Assembly: GCA_021613535.1 (NCBI GenBank)
Contig: CP075493.1
Span: 4,526,001-4,590,000 of the forward strand
Length of the DNA stretch: 64,000 nt
Reading direction: 5' to 3'
Origin: Adineta vaga
Lineage: Eukaryota; Animalia; Rotifera
Under the pieces are notes generated by a model that was given only the letters and a program-made list of their open reading frames with translations, did no database searches and had not been told where the DNA came from. Position numbers and translations under genes: made by a program. Each line of letters opens with the position of its first letter. Position 1 is the stretch's first letter. Positions 23,113-33,706 of the stretch are shown piece after piece.

Positions 23113-25824
23113 ATGACTATGAAAAAAGATCTTCATATTTACAAATGGTATGCTGATTTAATTGATAAAGAAACTGATAATGTTATTATTGTTTATCTTG
23201 GTGAACTTGAATGGAAATTTCTTAAACTTAGTTTTACAAATATTTTACAATTTCTTCGAAAACATACTTTAGTTTCACATGGAACGTTTTCAAATTATCA
23301 ACCACCGATCTTCGAAGATAAGTCATTAGTTATCAAGTCAACGAAATTATCTGGTCAATGGACAACTGAAAATGAATGTATTCGAGAAAAATTGTATGAA
23401 AATAAGAATGGATACATTCTTTGGGAATGTTTTATGCCAAGCGCAATGGCAGAGATTAAAATCGATGGAAATATAAATCAAGGTTTAGGTTATGTTGAAC
23501 GTTTGACAATGACTTTAAAACCTTGGCAAATGCCAATCAGTATTTTACGATGGGGAAGATTTTTATGTGAAAATCATTCGATTATTTGGATTCGTTGGGA
23601 AGGTGAAGAAGAAAAAGTTTTAATTTTTCATAATGGATTCAAATATCTTCATGGTATTATCAATGATGATAAGATCGAATATGGAACATATCGTTTGATA
23701 TTAGAAGAGAAATATATTCTACGTGATGGACCTTTAATTAAAACAATATTTGATGAATTTAGTTGGATTCAACAATGCTTTCCAGCTGGATTTTTAAATA
23801 TGAAAGAATGTAAATGGCAAACACAAAGTAAACTATATGAAAAGAATGATTGTGTTGCAACTGGATGGTCTATACATGAAAATGTGGATTGTAAACCAAA
23901 GATGCAATCGTTGGGAAAGATTTTCTATGGTTCATTATTTACTATTCTAATTCCATTATTATTAATCTTTTGGGCAAAGCAAACCGAACATTTTATTCAT
24001 CTACCAATTCCAACAAATTCTTTCATTGCAATTCTATTTTCTTTCTTTGGATCTATTTTAATGATTTTAGCGATGTTAGAATTATGGTATAAAGGTCATG
24101 GATTGCCAATGAATGCTTATCCACCACCAAAACTAGTCACAACTGGTGTTTATAAACTATTTCCACATCCGATTTATATTGGAAGTTCATTGATATGTTT
24201 CGGTCTATCAATGTATTATCAATCGAAAAGTGGATTTTGGTTAGTATCACCAATATTAACTTTAGCATGGCTTGCATTGGTATATGGTTATGAGAATGAA
24301 GATCTAAAAAATCGATTTCCTAAATTGACATGGAAAACCTTATTGGATTTACCAGATAATGTGAATGTGAGATGTCAATTTACAGATATTCTTTCTGCTT
24401 ATTGTTTAGTTCTAATTCCATGGTTAATTCTTTATCAACTTATTATATTTATTGGTCCTTCAGCTTATTCAATATCAACATATTTTCAATTTGAATCGAA
24501 TATTCCTGTTATTGAATGGACAGAATTGTTCTATCTTTTAGCATATCCTTTTGTCGCTTTAGTACCATTAATTATACAAACCAAACAACAAATTCGTTCT
24601 TTTATTATCGATGGTTTATTAAATATTAGTATTGGAATCTATTTACAATTCATATTACCCTTTGTTGCTGTACCTAAAGTATTTATTCCAGAAACATTTT
24701 TAGGACATATTTTATTACATGAACGTGATTTGGATGGACCTACTGGTGCTCTACCATCTTTTCATGTTTCTTGGGCATTTCTTTCTGCTTATTATTACAC
24801 AAAGACTTGTCCAAAATTTAAAGTCTTGTTTTATATTTTGTCCACTTGTATATCAACAAGTTGTGTTACTACAGGAATGCATAGTATAATTGATGTCATA
24901 GCTGGTTATATCTTATTTCTTATTTGTATTAAACGAGAATTCATATGGAATTGCATACGAAATTATTTTGAAAATTTAGCAAACTCTTGGTCAGCTTATC
25001 GAATTGGTTCGTTACGTATTATTAACAATAGTATTTACATATTTTTAAGTACATCAACAGGTTCTTTTATTCTTTTTTCACTCATCGGAAATATTTATGG
25101 AATATTCTGTATTAGTCTATCTTCATTATTTTTTGCTGGATTAGGGGGACAATTAATGGAACGTTCTTCGGGATTATCTCGACCATTTGGCTATTTTGGT
25201 TGTATCACTGGTGGTGTAATTGGATCGATTGTCGCTTCATGGTTATTCAGAATTCCCGCTATCTCACTTTTAGCAGCATATGCTTTAGCCAGTCCTTGGA
25301 TACAAGCAATTGGCCGTTTACGTTGTGTTGTACAAGGATGTTGTCATGGTCGGCCAACGAATAAGTCTCTTGGAATATTAATAACTAATCCACGTTCTCG
25401 AGTTTGTTCATTATCCCAACTACGCAATATGTATATTCATATCACACCTGCCTATTCGATTTTAGCAAATAGTTTGATCGGAATGCTTTTATGGCGACTT
25501 TGGTATTCAAATATTTCCTTATCTTTGATCATTAGTCTTTATTTCATTCTAATTGGTTTGAGTCGATTTGTTGAAGAACAATTTCGAGGTGAAATTCAAA
25601 CAATGATTTATTATCGATTGAAAATCTATCAATGGACAGCGATTATATTTGTACTGATAGGAATTTGTTTTAGTATGATTCCATTCTATGACAATATTCA
25701 TTTAAATCTTCAATGTAAATATGAATATATTATCCCGTCGATATTATTTGGACTAATTGTAGTACCTGTTATGGGTGTTGATTTTCCGGAATCAAAAAAG
25801 AAATTTTCACGTTTAACTGATTGA
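23113..25824 (+). CDS. Fusion protein: soluble beta-rich N-domain + phospholipid/isoprenylcysteine methyltransferase-like + PAP2 phosphatase + prolipoprotein diacylglyceryl transferase (Lgt)-like; bacterial type
   Basis: PEMT-like KLVTTGVYKLFPHPIYIG...YENEDLKNRF; PAP2 PSFH and SCVTTGMHSIIDVIAG; Lgt-like IGRLRCVVQGCCHGRP, HITPAYS, SRFVEEQFR; the ORF opens at 22993, probable start at 23113/23119. Confidence 0.85.
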   Translation: MTMKKDLHIYKWYADLIDKETDNVIIVYLGELEWKFLKLSFTNILQFLRKHTLVSHGTFSNYQPPIFEDKSLVIKSTKLSGQWTTENECIREKLYENKNGYILWECFMPSAMAEIKIDGNINQGLGYVERLTMTLKPWQMPISILRWGRFLCENHSIIWIRWEGEEEKVLIFHNGFKYLHGIINDDKIEYGTYRLILEEKYILRDGPLIKTIFDEFSWIQQCFPAGFLNMKECKWQTQSKLYEKNDCVATGWSIHENVDCKPKMQSLGKIFYGSLFTILIPLLLIFWAKQTEHFIHLPIPTNSFIAILFSFFGSILMILAMLELWYKGHGLPMNAYPPPKLVTTGVYKLFPHPIYIGSSLICFGLSMYYQSKSGFWLVSPILTLAWLALVYGYENEDLKNRFPKLTWKTLLDLPDNVNVRCQFTDILSAYCLVLIPWLILYQLIIFIGPSAYSISTYFQFESNIPVIEWTELFYLLAYPFVALVPLIIQTKQQIRSFIIDGLLNISIGIYLQFILPFVAVPKVFIPETFLGHILLHERDLDGPTGALPSFHVSWAFLSAYYYTKTCPKFKVLFYILSTCISTSCVTTGMHSIIDVIAGYILFLICIKREFIWNCIRNYFENLANSWSAYRIGSLRIINNSIYIFLSTSTGSFILFSLIGNIYGIFCISLSSLFFAGLGGQLMERSSGLSRPFGYFGCITGGVIGSIVASWLFRIPAISLLAAYALASPWIQAIGRLRCVVQGCCHGRPTNKSLGILITNPRSRVCSLSQLRNMYIHITPAYSILANSLIGMLLWRLWYSNISLSLIISLYFILIGLSRFVEEQFRGEIQTMIYYRLKIYQWTAIIFVLIGICFSMIPFYDNIHLNLQCKYEYIIPSILFGLIVVPVMGVDFPESKKKFSRLTD

Positions 25825-26045
25825 TTGGAATGTTTCAATGATTTGTAAGGTTTATACGGTAGAGAAAACAAGTGTCTTTGTATTTAGTCATGAATCGATA
25901 AAAAATAGAATTTAGTCATGTTCTTCATTGTTTTTATTAACATGCTAGATTAATCTCTATCAATACAATCGTAACTTGATTATTCGATGTATTACAGTTT
26001 TGTTTTTCCTATAAAAGAGTTTATGTTTTTTTTTAATAAATAAAG

Positions 26046-27162
26046 ATGAAATATGAATATACAATTATATTTTGTCGTATTTTAATTTGTCTTTTGGCTA
26101 TTTCATCAACGATAGTTCTTTCATTAATGCCAGTCTATCTACCAACACCAATTACCAAAGTAATTGTTGATAATGATTGATTTGGTGCGGCATCATTTAT
26201 TCCTGTTTTACTCTTGTTAGATGCACAAATTCAAGTGCTTGATCTTACAGTTGCCGTTGGAAACAGTTGAGTTGCTCATGTCACTTTACATGTTTTACGT
26301 TTCGTTGAATTATGTAATTTAAATATATCTGTTTATAGAGGTGCTTAATATCCAATTTTGAATACTCTATTTCGTACTGAAACATGGGAAAGAATGCATG
26401 GTGAATTGCCTTATAAAGGAGCATATGCAGAACAAAATTTAACTGCAGAAACAATCGGTTTTGATCCAACACGTATCGTTTTATCAGCCTTACCAGAAGG
26501 CCTTCCAACTAAGACGACTGTGAAGGATATGAATGCAGTTAATTTTCTTATTTTAAAAATTCATCTATATTCTGGTCAAGTCTCTATTTTAGCACTTGGA
26601 CCATTAACAAACATTGCATTAGCTATAAAAACTCAACTCAACATTTGCAAGAAATGTTAAAGAAATCTTTATACAAGGCGGTTATCTGGATGCTAATATT
26701 GCTCAAATAATTGGTTCATTATTTCAAGCAGATCCTAATTCTGATTTCAATATTCTCTTCGATCCTGAAGCATCATCATCTATGGTTCTTACTGCTCATT
26801 TTCCTTCAATTGTTCTTGTTGGTCATGCAGCACAATTAGTAACCTTCGATTCATCCTATATCGATAGTATTACTACGACAAATACTCCTTTAATAACATT
26901 GATTGCGAAATATTATCCACGTAATCTTCCGATGTGGTATGAAGCAACTACGGCGACAATTCTCTATTCAGATCTAATTACGGATGCTTTTTCAGCGTAT
27001 GCAGATATTGATATTTCATTTAGTAGTCCATTTTATGGACAAATTCATATTCGGAAAAAAGCACTTGCACCAAGCTATGTTCGAAATGTTAGTTTTATTC
27101 AATCTAGTTCGACAAGCAGTTCAACGAACCTATTAGAAGCGTATATGTTAATCTTGTTATGA
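26046..27162 (+). pseudogene. Secreted inosine-uridine-preferring nucleoside hydrolase pseudogene (fungal-like)
   Basis: Signal peptide, KVIVDND*, SVYRGA*YP, ALGPLTNIALA, QGGY, DFNILFDPEA; in-frame stops at 26178, 26268, 26346 and a frameshift near 26630. Confidence 0.85.
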
Positions 27163-27602
27163 CAATAAATTTCTATGTTTTCGAGTAGAGAGAAAAACGA
27201 CCATGTGAATGGATTTAATGTTTACTGCTCATGTTATTGCTATTGTTATTTTAGTAACTCAATTTTCTTCTTCTTCTTCTTCTTCTATTTATTGTCAAGA
27301 AAGAACATACCTTGAAAAAATCAAAGCAGAAGAAAGAGAAAGAAAGAAAAAGAGAATTCCAATTTACAGTAACATCATCTTCTATTTCTTTTCTTCTCTG
27401 TTTGCTAGACGACTGACGATTACATGTGTGAATGTGTGTGTATGCACACAGAAATTTAAAGTATTTATTCATAATAATAATTCCTTATTTTCTTCGCCTT
27501 CTAGTTCAAAGTTGAATATTATAACTAATCAAGAGAAGAAAAACAAGAACAAGAAGAAATTAATTGATCAATTTGTATTTTCTAAAGAAATTCAATGTAA
27601 TT

Positions 27603-28421
27603 ATGTCTAGTAATTCCAGTAACGCTCCACGTTTAACTATAACAAATACGTCTCTTTATCAACCAATTCATCCAAATACAATTACAACTACAACTGCAAC
27701 GATTCCAGTAACTCGTTCAACGATTAATGATTTTCGTGAAATTGTACGTGAACAATCATTTGTAACTCCAACAAATTCAGATTATAATTCTATTGATGTT
27801 CCTGTAAAAAAATTTCCACCCTTACCCGATATAACTGCATTGAATACTTCTATAAACAATGGATTCTATCGTACAGAAACAATTCTTACATCACCAAAAC
27901 AAGCACATCCGAAGAAACAAATTTTCAATCATTTCGCACCAGAACAACGCGGATACTTACCTGCATTGAATAAATCTCATATGGTATCGACAATGTCGAA
28001 AGTAATGGATCTCGATGAAGATTTACCACACTATGTAACTGATACAAAACATCGTGCGGCAACATATACATCACCCGGTGAACGTATTGTATCGCCGATA
28101 AAACGTCCATCGGCACCTATACCACCAACAAGTGCACAAATCAAACGACCTGGTCAAACTGCATTTATTAATGGTGAAGAAGACGAACAAGATGATGATT
28201 ATTGTTCAGGTGCAGAAGATGATGATAGTCAATTATTTGACGAACATTTTCGTTCATATCAACAACCGATTATCATGAATAATCGGCGAATAGATCATTA
28301 CAGTAATAAAAGTCGTCTTCAACATACAACAAGTAAACATCCGACTATAGTGGTTAATGATGATGATCATGATGATGGTGCTCATCCAATGGATTCAATT
28401 GATTTTGAACCATTTAATTAA
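27603..28421 (+). CDS. Unknown, probably disordered protein (Thr/Pro-rich with acidic tract)
   Basis: Long open frame with coding-like codon usage; AATAAA downstream. Confidence 0.6.
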   Translation: MSSNSSNAPRLTITNTSLYQPIHPNTITTTTATIPVTRSTINDFREIVREQSFVTPTNSDYNSIDVPVKKFPPLPDITALNTSINNGFYRTETILTSPKQAHPKKQIFNHFAPEQRGYLPALNKSHMVSTMSKVMDLDEDLPHYVTDTKHRAATYTSPGERIVSPIKRPSAPIPPTSAQIKRPGQTAFINGEEDEQDDDYCSGAEDDDSQLFDEHFRSYQQPIIMNNRRIDHYSNKSRLQHTTSKHPTIVVNDDDHDDGAHPMDSIDFEPFN

Positions 28422-28679
28422 ATTTTCTTTTCTAGTAATGTTATATATGAATTTAAATAAAAGTACATTGATAGAAAAAACTAACTGTAAATCATATCAA
28501 ATATCAATCTCGAATGTAGAGTGATGATTAAGACTACTCACACCCTCCATCGTTTCTAATTTTATTACATAGTAATAACCATTTGATTCTTAAATCAATA
28601 AAAATGTTTTCAATCTAATCTCCATTCTTTTTTGTTTATCAGCAGGTTTTATTCGATTTTATAAACTGTTAGTATCACA

Positions 28680-29702
28680 ATGAATTGTATTATCGTACCT
28701 CTATCTGTAATTACATTCCATGTATTATTCTTAGTTGGAGAAACGAAAAGTTCAGCTTCACTTGGTCTTATCGGTGATGCGACGGATGTAATACGACCAA
28801 CATCAGGAGGTACAGTTCTCGTTGGTGGTGGTCCTGATGTTGATGCAGCAATGCAATGGATGATCAATAAATCAGGTGGTGGTGATTTTGTCGTACTTCG
28901 AGCGACTGGTACCGATGCTTACAATAGTTATATCTACAATTTAGGTTCGGTTAATTCCGTTGAAACTTTATTAATTGATTCACGCACGTTAGCAAATGAT
29001 CTTCAAGTAGAAGCAACGATTCTAGGAGCTGAAGCTGTGTTTATTACAGGTGGAAATCAAGCAAATTATGTTAATTATTGGAAAGATACGAAAATAGAGG
29101 ATGCACTTAATTATCTTCGAAATACTAAAAAAATACCTATAGGTGGTACATCGGCAGGTTGTGCTATTCTCGGTGGAACTTATTTTCCTGCTCTCTACGG
29201 TACACTGACAACGAATGATGCTCTTGATAATCCTTACAATCGATATCTGACTTTGGGTCATAATGATTTTCTCAATCAACCTTATCTAATAAATGTTATT
29301 ACGGATACTCATTTCAATAATCCAGATCGACGTGGTCGCCTCATAACATTTCTAGCACGTATGAATCAAGATTACGGAATTGTTGGTCGTGGCATTGGTG
29401 TTGATGAATCAACAGCTGTCTGTATTGAATCTAATGGTACTGGTCGTATATTTGGTACAGGTACTGCTTTTTTCCTAAGTCAAAATGGACCTGCCTACAA
29501 GCCAGAAGTATGTACTAATACTTCTCGTCTCGATTGGTATCGTCATCGGCAAGCGGTAACAGCATATAAAATTATTGGTAATAAAGATGGATCAGAAAGT
29601 TTTGATTTAAAAACATGGAGTCAAGTGAATAGCAAAATACATCAATATTATTATGTAAATCGTGGTGTTTTGGGCTTTTTTTTAGGGGAAAAAAAGAGTT
29701 GA
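28680..29702 (+). CDS. cphB: Cyanophycinase-like peptidase S51, bacterial type, probably secreted
   Basis: LVGGG, AEAVFITGGNQANY, catalytic GGTSAG, ITDTHF..DRRGRL, GIGVDESTA; hydrophobic N-terminus; intronless. Confidence 0.85.
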   Translation: MNCIIVPLSVITFHVLFLVGETKSSASLGLIGDATDVIRPTSGGTVLVGGGPDVDAAMQWMINKSGGGDFVVLRATGTDAYNSYIYNLGSVNSVETLLIDSRTLANDLQVEATILGAEAVFITGGNQANYVNYWKDTKIEDALNYLRNTKKIPIGGTSAGCAILGGTYFPALYGTLTTNDALDNPYNRYLTLGHNDFLNQPYLINVITDTHFNNPDRRGRLITFLARMNQDYGIVGRGIGVDESTAVCIESNGTGRIFGTGTAFFLSQNGPAYKPEVCTNTSRLDWYRHRQAVTAYKIIGNKDGSESFDLKTWSQVNSKIHQYYYVNRGVLGFFLGEKKS

Positions 29703-29729
29703 ATTTATTTCTTTAAATAAAAAGTAATG

Positions 29730-30258
29730 TCAATGACGTCGACATCCTTCACCACTATCTAAGTCATTTGGACCGTTACTACCCGTGGCAGTTCGTGGTA
29801 CTTGTCGAAGTCGATTGTAGATATCACGAGCAACACTTTCTCGATTACGTTCAGCTGTTCTGTCTGCTGCTTTAGCTGATTTCACACCAGTAACAAAAGC
29901 TGTACAGTTGCTATATAATAATGCTTGATTTACAGGACTTCTAATAAATGTAACGAAATTGATTGATTCACTTTGTAAAACAGCATTATATGTTGTATTC
30001 TGTTGAAAAGCGTTGAGAAGATTAATTGTATTTGTTAAATATGTTGCTTGAGTTGTTGTATTTGCACAAATACTAGTTGGAGTAACAAATAGTTGAACAA
30101 AATAGCTAAGAAATGATTGTGAACTTCCACGATGAGCTAATGATGCGCTGATACAGATGAACAACTATAATCAATAAATAAAATATATTTTCTTTTTTTA
30201 AATAAATTACTAAAGAAAAGTCTTTACTTACGAATGCGAAACAAACAAGTTTAGCCAT
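29730..30258 (-). CDS. Small secreted protein of unknown function (2 exons)
   Basis: Exon 1 MAKLVCFAF spliced in phase 0 to LFICISASLAHRG..., forming a signal peptide. Confidence 0.7.
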
Positions 30259-30743
30259 GATACTTCGAGGTAGTCTAATAAATATGTTAAGCTAAACCGA
30301 TTCCACATTTATATCAATTTCAATTCAATAGAAAAAAAGAATGTACTTTTTGTTAATGTGATGTAACACATCTGTTTTAAAACGAATTAGAAGATTCTAA
30401 TGAGTATAATAAAATGTATTCTTATTGTTATGATACAAAAACGAAGTAACAGATGTTTGTATAGAAAACATGTTAACCTAAAAGGACAAGAGGAGGTGTA
30501 AAAAAAAACAAGTCAATGAGTTCCAGTCTCTTCTCTAGTCATTGAATTCTTTTTCATGTGATGTCATTATAATTGAAAAATGGAATTGAGAATTATTTAC
30601 ATATGTTTCTCTCAGTTTTGTTTCAATGAAACCTTTCATATTGATTTGTAAATAGAAAAAAAGATGATTGAATTCTTTTCTTTCTTCCGCTCCGTAACAA
30701 CTTTACAAATAAATATAAATCAAAAAACACTAATAAAACAACT

Positions 30744-32024
30744 ATGATGCTACCATCTTCAACTGTTACTAATCCTAATGTAAGTGAATCATTTTGAACT
30801 ATATTTAAACATTAAAGAATACGTATATCTATATTTATTTAGATAAAATCTCGTTCCTATCGTATTTCATTACTAAATACTGATCATCTTTCCACAGCAA
30901 TCGAAGAGGATGAAGTTGATCTAGATGAAACAAGCGATTTTCCCAATACAGACACGATATTACCTCAACTTATTCCACCAACTACTGCACCGATATCAAT
31001 TCGATCATGGACAAACTTATCTGAAGAAAAGACAAAGAAACGATATTCATCTCGTCTGTATAAATTTGTTCAATTGGAAAAAGCACTTCAATCAGCAAAT
31101 CTTCTGAATAGTACCGATGAACGAAAGAAATTCGAACAAGATTATCATCAATCATTACAAAAAGATAAATTTAGAGAATTTCTTCAAACATATTATCGTA
31201 AAATTCAGATACATAAAGAAGAAATTGCTCGTGAACAAACAATGAAAACATCACGAACATTTACTTTTGTTGATTTAGAAAAGAATTTTCTTGCTTTAGA
31301 TCCAACACATGATGTTAAAATTGTTTTTGTTAATCATCCAAAACGATTTCTACCATCAAATCAACAACATTCAATGTCAGGTATTCAATGTGAAGATGCT
31401 GCTGTTGAAACATTCTATGAAAATCTTTCTCGTCGTTTACTAAATAATCCATCACGTGCTCGAGATGAAATTACGCATTTTGCTCGTCAAACAAGTGAAC
31501 GTCTTCAAGAATATATCCCATGTTTATCGCATGTGCCCTATCGAGTGAAAATTATTGATGAACGTGATAAAGAACATTCAATGGATGAACAAGCATTATT
31601 AAAAATGAAACATCGACAAAATTTAGCTGTGATTGAAAAACGTCGACAGAAAATTATGAAAATGATTGTACAAACAAGAAAGAATCAAATTAAAATGAAA
31701 CAATTAGATAAACGTGCACAATTAACCATTGATAATTCGACGTATTGTAAAGAATTACTTGAGAGAGTACATGAAATTGAAGAAAATATTAAAGAAAAAC
31801 CTCGACGAACACGTTCTGTCTCACAAAAAATGAATAGTATTCACTCATCGTCTTTGACAACAAGTCAAACTGTAACACCGACATCGTCGATAAGGCAATC
31901 ACCTCCTTTCGAAGATGCACTTTCAATGTATCAGATCGAAAAATCCAATAAAGTCCATGTCATTCAATCAACACGACCATTTACAAGTCCAGTTAAAAAA
32001 CCACAATGGATTAATTATTGTTAA
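30744..32024 (+). CDS. Unknown coiled-coil protein (2 exons)
   Basis: MMLPSSTVTNPN|gtaagt intron ..tttag joins in frame with ORF 31074-32024. Confidence 0.7.
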
Positions 32025-32139
32025 TTATTCAGCTTTTTCTCTTCATATTTTTTTTTCAAAATAAAGTGATGCGATACATATTTCTACGAAAGAAATATGT
32101 CGAAAATGACGTTACTGTTATCTTTTGTTGTTCTATTAT

Positions 32140-32375
32140 TTATCTATTTGTTTCTCCGTTATGATAATCAAAACGATAGTTGATTCAAATCTTAGCCTTC
32201 GAGTTCTCCACAAAGCTTTCCTGTTGTTAATTTATTAGATGAAATGGATCATCTTTTTATTAGACGTGATTTTCATGAAAATTTAGTTTAACAGATTAAT
32301 ATTGGTGCCGTTTGTAAACAAAATTCTGGGAAAGGTATAGCAAGTTACACGAGAAAAACAAAAAGTTTTCAATAT
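32140..32375 (+). pseudogene. GNAT N-acetyltransferase remnant
   Basis: Translation NLLDEMDHLFIRRDFHENLV*QINIGAVCKQNSGKGIAS ends in an acetyl-CoA motif-A-like GKGIA; contains a stop and lacks a start. Confidence 0.45.
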
Positions 32376-32431
32376 GCGGAAAAATGATTTTTCCTTGAAA
32401 TCATAAATACGAAAATAAAAAGAAATTATTT

Positions 32432-33089
32432 CTATTTTTGAAATTTAAGTGATGCTGAATTGACACAATGACGTTCTTGAATTACTTTACCATTTCCATC
32501 ACGTAATCCTTCACCTTCAAAAACATGACCTAAAATATAAGAAAGAAATTCCTCTTTTCTTCTCTTTTAACTTCATACAAACCTAGATGACCATCACAAT
32601 TAGCACATAAAATCTCTTGACGATAACCATCAACATCTATCTTACGTCGAACAGATGAACCCATTGAAGAACTAAACGCTGGCCAACCACAATGTGAATC
32701 AAATTTCGATGATGAACTATGAAAAGAAATGTATTGTACAGATTTCGAAAATTCATTCGATATATTTTATACTCATATAATTCATGTCCACAACCAGCAC
32801 ATTGATAGATTCCTTTTTCGAAATGTTTATCATATTTTCCTGTACCAGGATATTCCGTATCTTTCAAACGTAATATACGATATTGTTCATTTGTTAATCG
32901 TTTTTTCCATTCATTATCGGATAGAATTTGTCGTTGTTTCGTATGGTCTGTTGATGAAGATAAATTTACACTAAAAATTCAAAAATATCTTACTACGTAC
33001 ATATTTTCGTATCGTTCTATGTTATACTTAGGTTTAGTGAATAGAAAAAGAGAACGTTGAGTAAGAATAGTTAAAGAACGACGTAACAT
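32432..33089 (-). CDS. msrB: Methionine-R-sulfoxide reductase B with putative mitochondrial presequence (4 exons)
   Basis: Spliced: EWKKRLTNEQYRILR..TE, CAGC, KFDSHCGWPAF, EILCANCDGHLGHVF, RHCVNSASL; N-terminus MLRRSLTILTQRS. Confidence 0.93.
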
Positions 33090-33180
33090 AATCAATAGAT
33101 TTTCTACAATCACATAAAGATATCGAAAAAATATATTTCTTTAGGAAAAAAAACGCAATCAACAATGAACAAATAGAAAA

Positions 33181-33528
33181 TCACCATAATCCTCGTCGTG
33201 AATATGATTTTAATATACTCAATGAAGGATATCCTAGAATAAATGTCTGTATTATCCATAATTTTGTTGATTCTTGATCGATATTTAAATGCTGACAAAT
33301 TCGACGAGCAACATATGCTTCATAACTATGTGCAATAACTGTTGACCAAAGGATGAGAAAAAGTAGAAGACGATAATTCGAAATAGAATGATATAAAAAT
33401 TGACCAAATCCACCAAATTTATGAAAAGGTATTGCATATGGCCAATGAACCATGAGAAATAAAAAGATAATACAAGCAGGAATAATAATCCACCAGAAAA
33501 ATTTTGGAGATTCAAAACTTTTACTCAT
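33181..33528 (-). CDS. TMEM254: TMEM254 (DUF4499)-like membrane protein
   Basis: AHSYEAYVARRIC...LWIIQTFILGYPSLSIL signature; 3 hydrophobic segments. Confidence 0.8.
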   Translation of the reverse strand: MSKSFESPKFFWWIIIPACIIFLFLMVHWPYAIPFHKFGGFGQFLYHSISNYRLLLFLILWSTVIAHSYEAYVARRICQHLNIDQESTKLWIIQTFILGYPSLSILKSYSRRGLW

Positions 33529-33706
33529 CTGAAATAGACGTATGTTTTGTTTGTTTCTTATCAAATCGACGAATACATGACAGTAATCAAGAAAGAAATT
33601 GTAATCATTTGTTTAAAAGAAAGCAAAACAATACGAATGAATTTCGAAGACAAAACAACAAAAACAACAACAACAATGTTGACAAATACACATATGAAGA
33701 AACTAT

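Noticed and set aside
11621-26270. UGA-as-Trp or Sec recoding suggested by several in-frame TGAs (11621, about 20430, 26178, 26268)
   Set aside because: Two of the three loci also carry TAA stops or frameshifts, TGG is used normally, and TGA terminates intact genes here; G-to-A decay of TGG explains most cases
27209-27610. 133-aa ORF and antisense 73-aa ORF
   Set aside because: Built from simple repeats (TCT, GA, TG); more likely the 5' UTR/promoter of the 27603 gene
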